Below are positions 56,578-64,000 of a stretch of 64,000 nucleotides of DNA, piece by piece. Position 1 is the first letter of the stretch, and each line of letters opens with the position of its first letter. This DNA is from a virus. Made by a program: the position numbers and the translations under genes. The notes beneath the pieces are model-generated. The model saw only the letters and a list, made by a program, of their open reading frames with translations, was not told the DNA's origin and did no database searches. The stretch lies in IMG/VR virus record IMGVR_UViG_3300022699_000278, positions 7,070 through 71,069 of that record; one strand, given 5' to 3'.

Positions 56578-57864
56578 TCAAACGTTCTCAGCACGGCCAA
56601 GAACAACAAGAACTGATCCAAAATATTCGCGTGCAGCACCGGTTGGATCAACCGGAGTATTGTCAAACTGCATATGCTGGTATCCACGGACACCTGCATA
56701 GCCGACACCGTTACGAACATTATAGTCCCAGTCCTGACTGATCATGTGCATCTTTTCAGGCTCCAGTAGATACAGCGCACCGGCACCATGAAGAACAGAC
56801 GCATCCCGAATAAGTGGATTGTCCAGATTGCGCTGATCATTGTCGGTCGGCCACATATACCCGGCTGAAAGCCCATAAGGCTCTGCCGTTCCACTCGGAA
56901 GCAGCGTTGCAAGCCTGTCGTCACGAACTATGTAAATGGTTGCGCCACCGGCACTTTCCCATTTACCGATCATTCCGAACCAATTCTGTACCGTGTTGTT
57001 TTTGATGTCGTCAACCCTGGTATAACGACTTCCAAGGGTGTCAACAAACCTCGGGTTCGAGAACCGTGTTGCCTGAAGCTGGGAAACAGTCAAAACAAAC
57101 GCCTGCTGTCCTCCAATCATCAGGGGCCATATTCTTCGCTGGAACGCAAACCGGACGAGGTCATCCATAACCCTGCCTGTAAGCATCTGCGCAGCTGTCT
57201 GCGGAAACGTCCCGGTTCCACCGGATGCAGTGTCAATTGCGTTGACGATCCGGTTGGTGTACGTGGCCCAGTTTGGACAGAACGCGGGCTGCTGCCAAAT
57301 CGTTCCTGCGTTGGCCACATAGCAATGACGATTCCACTGCGCAGGACAAACGTTCTGGGTTGTACCCGCCTGCAGGTTCCAGCCGTTCGTTTCAACAAGG
57401 CCCATATGTATCTCAAGGTCTTCCTCGGCTGCTGCATGGGGAGCCAGGTCTTTTGCGTGCTGTTCATACAGATTGAAGAACTCCGCATCAAGCTTGTGTT
57501 CTCCATAGCCCGGTTTGTCCTGAAACACAATCCGATAATTATTACGATACAACGTACCGCTTTTCACAATCGGTGCAATTTCAGTACCCATCGCAACACC
57601 ATTACCACGAATGATATTGGCATTGGCAGGCATTTTCAGCCCGACACGGACATTGTTCGCTCCACCAACTTCATCCGGTGAAAGACGTTCAATAACCGCT
57701 GACGGCATCGGAAGCTCCTGCCGCTTATAAATAATACGCTCTCCGGTAATATTAGCGTAAATGGACTTAGGAATAGCTTTCCGCCGAAGAGTATTGCTGA
57801 ACTTACGAACAACAAGACTTCCACCGGAAAGAGTATTCAGGCTGTTGTAATTCCTTACACCCAT
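56578..57864 (-). CDS. Major capsid protein (N4-gp56/DUF4043-like)
   Basis: 428 aa after portal and scaffold; GNGVAMGTE, FVLTVS..Q, LHGAGAL, WDY; SD AAGGAG. Confidence 0.75.
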   Translation of the reverse strand: MGVRNYNSLNTLSGGSLVVRKFSNTLRRKAIPKSIYANITGERIIYKRQELPMPSAVIERLSPDEVGGANNVRVGLKMPANANIIRGNGVAMGTEIAPIVKSGTLYRNNYRIVFQDKPGYGEHKLDAEFFNLYEQHAKDLAPHAAAEEDLEIHMGLVETNGWNLQAGTTQNVCPAQWNRHCYVANAGTIWQQPAFCPNWATYTNRIVNAIDTASGGTGTFPQTAAQMLTGRVMDDLVRFAFQRRIWPLMIGGQQAFVLTVSQLQATRFSNPRFVDTLGSRYTRVDDIKNNTVQNWFGMIGKWESAGGATIYIVRDDRLATLLPSGTAEPYGLSAGYMWPTDNDQRNLDNPLIRDASVLHGAGALYLLEPEKMHMISQDWDYNVRNGVGYAGVRGYQHMQFDNTPVDPTGAAREYFGSVLVVLGRAENV

Positions 57865-57924
57865 AGTATTACTCCTTTGGTTTCATGTTTTGTTGCGTTC
57901 TTATTCCGCGTTTCACCTGATAAA

Positions 57925-59508
57925 TCAGGCAGGTGTTCTCCAGTGAGGCTCAGGCTTAGGCTCGGGCATTTCAAGTGCTTCATGCGCACGTTTGAGTGCA
58001 TCAAACATATCCCAACCCCGCTTATCACCTGCCCGGCATAGTACTTCCATTTTTTCCTCATCAACGGTGTACCGTCCCGGATTCTCACCTATCACTTCAA
58101 GTGCGGCTTCCTCACTCAGTCCCGTCCCTTCGGGCGGTGACCCGGTAGGCTCAAGTATTGGAGTCGAAGTATCTCTCTTCCTCAAAGAAGAATCCAGCGT
58201 CTGCTGCCCCCTCTTCTCGGCCTCAATAAGCTTCATCTCCTGTTCGGCCTGAGTAATTCCACCTTTTTGTTTCATGTTGTTAAAGGCTGCTTCAAAGTCC
58301 GGAAAGATTACTTTCTTTCCTCGCCAGTCCTTTACATCAACCCGCTTGCCTGATTGTTGGTCTATTCTTTCACCCCGCTGATTCCAGTAAATATTCATCA
58401 GAATACCGTAATTGCGTATATCTGATTCTGTTATCCCGAAGTCAGCAGGCGAAATACCTTCAACCTCACACAGTCGTACAAGCTCAGGGTCTTTCGTATT
58501 AAAGGCACCAACAAGGCGGTTAACCTCATCAAAGCTGTACGGCCTTCTTCCATATACCCTTCTGGCCATATCAACAATCGATGTTTCCAGATCGTTGCGG
58601 TCGTCAGAATACAGTGGCTTCGTTGTCTTCAGCTCCGGGTGGTCTTCCTGTAGCCTCGCCAAACCCATCTCAGCGTCCTTGTGTTCCTTTTCAATTCTGC
58701 GTCTGCGTTCAGCCTGTTCGGTAGATTCGGAAACGTTGTTAATTCGCTCTTCAAGGGTTTTATACCGCTTTTCCTGCTCAGTGCGGTATATGGTGAACTC
58801 GTTCTGAACACTGTCGAGTTCCGCCAGTGTGTCCTTGAAGGTGTCAACTGTTCCCGTCATTGCAGATTGTAATGCGGCAGCATCATCCCCGCCGTATTCA
58901 TTCAACTTGGAAATCTGAGCGTTTATCGCGTCGAGCTTGGCATTGAACTCAGTTCTCTGCTTTCTGCTTATCTGCGGACCAGAATCAACGCTTTTTCGTG
59001 CAGAATCAGACGCTTTTTTGATTTCGTCCAATTGTTTCTGAAGTTCGGGTACCGTCTTGGCAGTAGACTCAAGCTTTACAATCTTCTCTTCGTATTCTTT
59101 TAACCTGGCATCCGCCTTGTTAGCGAACCGTCGAGCATGCTCCGCCTGTTTAAGTATCTCCTGTCCGTTTTTGTACCCTCTCAGCGCTTCCGGCAGTTCG
59201 CTCCTTTTAACTTTTCCAAGCTGAGAAAAATCTACAAAATCATCTTCCCCGACTTCCGCTGTCGGCTGCGACGGCCCTTCCTCTTTCTTTGTTGCGGGTG
59301 GCTCTTCCGGTTTCGTCTTGGGAACTTCCCCGGAATCCGCTTCCTCAGAAATCGGTGCGTCCATTATCTGCTGGACTTTTTCTTCCTGCTCTCTCTGCCA
59401 CTCTTCGATGTCTACCCCTTGGGGGGGTTCATCCGGAATAGCGAGTAAAGCATTCTCCTTTTCTTCTTCGCTCTTGAAAGCGAGTGCGGCTTCATCTGCC
59501 ATGTTCAA
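57925..59508 (-). CDS. Putative scaffolding protein
   Basis: Acidic N-terminus and long coiled coil between portal and capsid. Confidence 0.65.
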   Translation of the reverse strand: MNMADEAALAFKSEEEKENALLAIPDEPPQGVDIEEWQREQEEKVQQIMDAPISEEADSGEVPKTKPEEPPATKKEEGPSQPTAEVGEDDFVDFSQLGKVKRSELPEALRGYKNGQEILKQAEHARRFANKADARLKEYEEKIVKLESTAKTVPELQKQLDEIKKASDSARKSVDSGPQISRKQRTEFNAKLDAINAQISKLNEYGGDDAAALQSAMTGTVDTFKDTLAELDSVQNEFTIYRTEQEKRYKTLEERINNVSESTEQAERRRRIEKEHKDAEMGLARLQEDHPELKTTKPLYSDDRNDLETSIVDMARRVYGRRPYSFDEVNRLVGAFNTKDPELVRLCEVEGISPADFGITESDIRNYGILMNIYWNQRGERIDQQSGKRVDVKDWRGKKVIFPDFEAAFNNMKQKGGITQAEQEMKLIEAEKRGQQTLDSSLRKRDTSTPILEPTGSPPEGTGLSEEAALEVIGENPGRYTVDEEKMEVLCRAGDKRGWDMFDALKRAHEALEMPEPKPEPHWRTPA

Positions 59509-59739
59509 TCGTCCTTTCCGGTTGCAGGTGGGTCCTTCATAGTAATTTGGTTACTACTCAGGCTGCTTTCCTTCAAACAACCATGTATATGAATAAAAAC
59601 TACCCATTTATTGTTATTGAAATATTGACCGTCATTACAGTTTTCCTTATTTTTCTTATCGTATCACTAATATCATATTATCATGAAACCAATGCCGTAC
59701 TCTTCGTATGGTTCCGGCTCACTATTATATGTGTTTTTC

Positions 59740-61890
59740 TCACATCCCTGCAGGGTTTTGTCCCGTCTGTCTAGGTTGTCCTGTATTTTGGTTGGCTGCT
59801 GCTTGATTTCCTTCATTCGGTACTCCTTCCGGTATCTGTCTGTTTGCCGGGGTAAACTGCTCAGTAGGTTGCCCCTGCTGTGGCGCTTGCGCCTTATTCG
59901 CCATATTCTGCACCATGCCCTGAAGCTGCTGCTGCATTGCCTGTGCTTCCATTCCCTGCGCTTTCAGCTGCTCAATCTGAGTAAATACTTCAAGCACATC
60001 CCTCATTTCCTGCAACGATTGCATGCGTTCAAGCTTAATCTGCTCTTCCGGATCACGCTCTATGGTAGAAATAAGATCATTCGTGAGAATCCTGATTTCA
60101 TTTTTGAACAACTCCGGATGTGCGCTGAGCATTTTTGTCGTATCAAACAGTTCAAGCCTGCGTGCCATACGCTTTGTAGGAGAAGCTTTGGAAAGCTTCA
60201 CAACTACTCTGGCCCGTGGAAGATCACTAATCGAGTTTATGTAAACTTTCTGCCTTGAACCATCCGACATTGTTCTGAATGCAGGGGAGTTGAATTCTAT
60301 AAATCCATTGCCGCCACTCGTGGGTATCTTCCTGTAAACACCTTTATACAGAACCTGGGCCATGTTATACCAGGCTTCGGCCTTGTCCATCTGAAACCGT
60401 TGCCAGTTATTTATAAGACGTAGAGTTCCAAGCTTGGTTATCTCGTGCCGCATTTCAAGCAAAATCCCGGATTCGTCCTTCGGCCCTGTTCCCTCAAGAG
60501 CCGGTGTCACCGGAGTAACTCTGTCAAACAAATCTAAAAGCGAGTTATTAACATCAGTGAACATTCGTTCCGGGATTGTGCTCACCGGGAATAGTTCCGC
60601 AACACCTTTTGGCGACCCCTCAACACCATGCACATAATCAGGTCGCGTCTTATTCTGCATAAGCTTACGCACTCCGGCATCTCCACCTACCTTTGTTTTA
60701 TCCACAAGGGCCATTCCAGCTGCAGTCGATGCCATAATGTCATCAATTTTCGAGTGACGGTAGTTGAACATCCGGTTTATGTCGAGCATGTACTCAAACA
60801 CACCCTTATCAATACCGAATATTCTATTTGTAGAGTATTTGAACAGTCCGATACCACCACACTGTACCGGATGTTTCCCGCGAACAAATATCAAATCAGG
60901 CGAAATACCTGTCAGGTCAGGAGATATAATCCCATAATAAAGAATGTTGTCCTCATACGGAAACTCACGCACATCCGCCCACGATATTTCCATCTTTTCG
61001 ATAAAATTCCGCACCTGAGACTCGGTTACCTTTAGCGGAAATGCGAACCAGTCACCGTCCTGAAGCTGCGCGTGAAGCCTCGTGGTTTTTAGCGTTTCCA
61101 TCCATCTGTATTCTGTCACCAAAAAACGGGACCCCTGTCTTCTTGGCAAGTCCTCCCACGCACGAACGTTTTCTTCGTCTTCATAGGTGTCACCTATATA
61201 AAAATCGGCATCAGCAAGCTTTTTTATTGCAGGGTCACCAGTGTCAAACTTCTCAATCATTTGAGACGGAGTAAGATACCCGTCAATCATTGCTTCGCGC
61301 CACGTTCCATTATCACAATCCTGGTGAAATGGATCTTCCAATACCGTTCCGTCGGTATAATGCTTGAATCCAATTCCACCTGTCTTACGAACAGAATAAT
61401 CTATCGTCATGCCCTGTATACCGGCATGAATTATTCCGGACATGTTTGTTTGGGAATCGTGAAGATCGTACTTATATAAATCCTTGTCTGAGTAATACCA
61501 GTGTTTTGTACTCTCAACACCTTGATTCTCCTCAATATCCAGCGGCTTAAAATCAAAATCAAGTTTTTCGTTCATTATAGAGCCATGTAATGACTCAGCC
61601 TTCTGCTTGGCAATGTTAACGCTTACGGCATGCCTACCCTGAGAAATAATGTTGTCTCGTTGTGTTTTCGGCCACATTCCACCGTCTATATCAAGAACAG
61701 CTTCAAGGGCATCGTACATTCGTTTGCGCGATTTGGCATGATAGCTTACCCAATGTCGGTGCCTATCCTCAACATAACGAACGAATTCACCATCAGACGA
61801 TCTCATTCTGCGGGATGTCTTGGTACTAATGTTAGCCATTTCGGTAGGAAACTTCTCTTTTGAAACCATACTAATCGGGTATTGCATCAC
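59740..61890 (-). CDS. Portal protein (P22-like)
   Basis: GGMWP, GRHAVSVN, ESGILL, Q-rich C-terminal tail; 716 aa; synteny. Confidence 0.8.
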   Translation of the reverse strand: MMQYPISMVSKEKFPTEMANISTKTSRRMRSSDGEFVRYVEDRHRHWVSYHAKSRKRMYDALEAVLDIDGGMWPKTQRDNIISQGRHAVSVNIAKQKAESLHGSIMNEKLDFDFKPLDIEENQGVESTKHWYYSDKDLYKYDLHDSQTNMSGIIHAGIQGMTIDYSVRKTGGIGFKHYTDGTVLEDPFHQDCDNGTWREAMIDGYLTPSQMIEKFDTGDPAIKKLADADFYIGDTYEDEENVRAWEDLPRRQGSRFLVTEYRWMETLKTTRLHAQLQDGDWFAFPLKVTESQVRNFIEKMEISWADVREFPYEDNILYYGIISPDLTGISPDLIFVRGKHPVQCGGIGLFKYSTNRIFGIDKGVFEYMLDINRMFNYRHSKIDDIMASTAAGMALVDKTKVGGDAGVRKLMQNKTRPDYVHGVEGSPKGVAELFPVSTIPERMFTDVNNSLLDLFDRVTPVTPALEGTGPKDESGILLEMRHEITKLGTLRLINNWQRFQMDKAEAWYNMAQVLYKGVYRKIPTSGGNGFIEFNSPAFRTMSDGSRQKVYINSISDLPRARVVVKLSKASPTKRMARRLELFDTTKMLSAHPELFKNEIRILTNDLISTIERDPEEQIKLERMQSLQEMRDVLEVFTQIEQLKAQGMEAQAMQQQLQGMVQNMANKAQAPQQGQPTEQFTPANRQIPEGVPNEGNQAAANQNTGQPRQTGQNPAGM

Positions 61891-62105
61891 GTTTCCTTCA
61901 CCAGTATCGGCTGTTTTTCAAAATCAAAGTGATAATTTTTTGGCATAAGCGTTGTGGTTATACCACCATTATCATTAATATCAACCTGAACCCACCGCTT
62001 GCACCTGTGATCATCACAATACACCCAGTATCGCTTACGGTCAGTTTCAAAGGCCATTAAAATCTTGCCATAGCCATGATTAGGACATAAAACCTTGACC
62101 TTCAT
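61887..62105 (-). CDS. Small Cys-containing protein
   Basis: CPNH...CDDHRC; coupled to the portal gene. Confidence 0.6.
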   Translation of the reverse strand: MKVKVLCPNHGYGKILMAFETDRKRYWVYCDDHRCKRWVQVDINDNGGITTTLMPKNYHFDFEKQPILVKET

Positions 62106-62143
62106 ACCATATATATAGAATGTGGAGAGAATATTTTATATGC

Positions 62144-62211
62144 GTGCTACTGTTGGCGTAGCACTATTTGAGGAGGGAGGGTACAACTGTGACTACGTGA
62201 TCACGTAGTCA
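62144..62211. promoter_or_regulatory. Palindromes upstream of the late operon
   Basis: Perfect 22-bp TGACTACGTGATCACGTAGTCA at 62190-62211; hairpin GTGCTAC-N7-GTAGCAC. Confidence 0.5.
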
Positions 62212-62235
62212 TTTATCACATTTCATACATTATCC

Positions 62236-62910
62236 TCACATTAAAGGGTTTGCTAGTTTTATCTTCCAGGTACGCTTATCATCCCATCGTTCAATTATCA
62301 TTCCTACCTGCTTTCTGCTGCTGCCGCTCTGTGGTATTAGCCAACCAGGGTATTCCCAATCCAGCACAGAGCCTTTGCGCTCTGGTATCTGTACATTTAT
62401 TCCCCTGAACTTTACCCATATTAGCCTCTGTACATTCTCTGCAAGAATCCCTAGAGCTATGGCCTGAGTTTCTGGGCCATACTCCCAAAAATGTCGACCA
62501 AACTTGCTTTGGTGTACCCATCGTCCGCCCTTTGACCACCACCAATAGTTTTTATGCTCGAACCCCCACCAGTGGCAGAACTTAGCTCGCTCTTTTCTGC
62601 GTCTCAAGGTAAACCACGTTGCCATTCCAGTGTCACTTCTTCTGGAAACCCTTTCTCTGGCAAAAAACATGCCTTTCTTACGAAGCTCTTCTATATAACA
62701 GTCCTGCTGGTCCTTGGTTATCCCGTCAGTATGAACCGACATATCCACATCATCGTCACCACGGATAAAGTCACCGTCACGTACAATACCAAGCAGCACA
62801 CCGAAATTGATAAACAACCTGTCTTTTATCCCAGCCTTTTCGGCGCACTCATAGCAGATAGCTATATCCTCAGTGGCCCAGCGTTTTCTGTCGTAGTTAA
62901 AATATGCCAT
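62236..62910 (-). CDS. LicD-family nucleotidyltransferase-fold phosphotransferase
   Basis: FGVLLGIVRDGDFIRGDDDVDMSV; FRGINVQIP...LDWEYPGWLIP. Confidence 0.85.
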   Translation of the reverse strand: MAYFNYDRKRWATEDIAICYECAEKAGIKDRLFINFGVLLGIVRDGDFIRGDDDVDMSVHTDGITKDQQDCYIEELRKKGMFFARERVSRRSDTGMATWFTLRRRKERAKFCHWWGFEHKNYWWWSKGGRWVHQSKFGRHFWEYGPETQAIALGILAENVQRLIWVKFRGINVQIPERKGSVLDWEYPGWLIPQSGSSRKQVGMIIERWDDKRTWKIKLANPLM

Positions 62911-62978
62911 GGTTACTCGGTTCTATTGCGTTCAACCACATTACCTGTTTAACCAGCAGAATATTTAATGCATTTAAA

Positions 62979-63320
62979 CTAATCTTTTTTCAATACAGTG
63001 TTCAAGTAGTCTGGCTCTCTTTCGATCAAGATTACCCTTATTAATATATATACAACATCATTCAAAATCGAATTGATATATTCATCCCGTTCTAACAATT
63101 CAGCTAGAATAGTATGATTATAATTTAATTTATATTCACCTGTTTTTATTTTGTTTAAAAACAATGTATCAGAAACCGTAACCTTAATAATGTTATTTCC
63201 TGAGTCACATTTTTTAAAAAACCATATATTTGTGTTGTTATCTATTTGCTCTGGTTGCAAATAGCAAACCCATTTAATATCAACAGTATATTTATTATTC
63301 GTCATCGACAACTTTTCCAC
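62979..63320 (-). CDS. Hypothetical AT-rich gene
   Basis: 113-aa ORF with SD GGGAG. Confidence 0.5.
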   Translation of the reverse strand: MEKLSMTNNKYTVDIKWVCYLQPEQIDNNTNIWFFKKCDSGNNIIKVTVSDTLFLNKIKTGEYKLNYNHTILAELLERDEYINSILNDVVYILIRVILIEREPDYLNTVLKKD

Positions 63321-63721
63321 CGAGAGATATAACCACTCCCCCTGACTGATGAGAGGAATACGACTATTTAATAAAAAGATATATTGTTACGATATAATAT
63401 CCTTTTCAGGAACAATTTTTTCGAAAATCACATCTTCGTGATCTCCGCGACCTTCTTCTCTTGTGCAGCATTTGTCCGTACATTCCACTGAACTGAAACC
63501 GCAATCTTTACATTTTCCTTCTATTGCCCGGTATCCTTTTGGAGCTTCGTTTGGATTTATCATTTTTCACCTTTCGCTTCATTGTTTCACCGCAACCTGG
63601 ACAAATCTTCCCCACCGAGCCGTACTTTTTTGTATAGTCGGTATTTATTGGATATTCAAATCCGCAGCTACGGCATTGGTATATTAATTTCATTTTCATT
63701 TCATCCAGTACGTTATTGTTT

Positions 63722-64000
63722 TCATATTGTGTGTTGTACCACTGTGCCACCGCAAGGTATAACATCTCCTCCTGACCGCTTAGTGGAATTGACGGTGGAA
63801 GTGTCGTATACCCACACCCATCCCCCCGACTGTCGGGAGGAATTGACGGTGGATTTGCCGTTTGCCCGCACCCATCCCCCCGACTGTCGGGAGGAATTGA
63901 CGGTGGATGTGCCGTATACCCACACCCCTCCCCCCGACTGTCGGGAAGAATTGACGGTGGAAGTGTCGTATACCCACACCCATCCCCCCGACTGTCGGGA
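63722..64000 (-). CDS. C-terminal part of a repeat protein (truncated by the window edge)
   Basis: 18-aa repeats VWVYDTSTVNSSRQSGGW. Confidence 0.6.
   Translation of the reverse strand, partial: SRQSGGWVWVYDTSTVNSSRQSGGGVWVYGTSTVNSSRQSGGWVRANGKSTVNSSRQSGGWVWVYDTSTVNSTKRSGGDVIPCGGTVVQHTI
63786..64000. repeat. 54-nt tandem repeat, at least 4 copies
   Basis: GAATTGACGGTGG starts at 63786, 63840, 63894 and 63948. Confidence 0.95.

Noticed and set aside
33840-61863. Numerous plus-strand ORFs within the virion operon
   Set aside because: Antisense shadows of long minus-strand genes, without recognisable motifs.
63786-64000. CRISPR array
   Set aside because: The variable part is only about 15 nt and similar between copies, the period is a multiple of 3 within an open frame, and no cas genes are present.
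1-64000. Integrase, IntI or Xer gene
   Set aside because: No ORF shows the tyrosine recombinase R...HxxR...Y pattern or serine recombinase motifs; it could lie outside the window.
1-64000. Stop-codon reassignment
   Set aside because: Core genes are full-length under code 11 and TAA, TAG and TGA all end genes with tight coupling.

Overview
This window is most of a dsDNA tailed-phage genome, probably a podovirus. No host genes, rRNA, tRNA or integrase are visible. Layout: (1) 1-10.3 kb, a minus-strand glycan/modification cluster with 6 glycosyltransferase-like genes, 2 paralogous SAM methyltransferases, kinase-like and ParB-like proteins, and a split RlmN-like radical SAM enzyme. (2) 10.3-16 kb, a recombination module (RecU-like, NinB, YqaJ exonuclease, ERF). 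(3) 16-22.6 kb, more GT genes, GNAT, TerL, HNH-like genes and TerS. (4) 23-25.6 kb, divergent early genes separated by a repeated intergenic motif. (5) 25.7-33.5 kb, LicC-like cytidylyltransferase, XRE regulator, replication initiator, Prim-Pol/helicase, MT-A70 methyltransferase and a macrodomain-like gene. (6) 33.5-62 kb, a minus-strand virion/lysis operon (portal, scaffold, capsid, tail, PKD/kelch proteins, tail fibre, amidase plus lipase, ejection proteins), with LicD upstream. The strongest unexplained signal is an integron-like gene-cassette system. Four arrays each start at an attI/dif-like site (arm-5 nt-GTT arm) and contain about a dozen cassettes with attC-like hairpins. The cassette ends are complementary over about 20-45 nt, the attC loops carry coding sequence, and no cognate integrase lies in the window. 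All protein calls come from motif recognition only; no searches were run.
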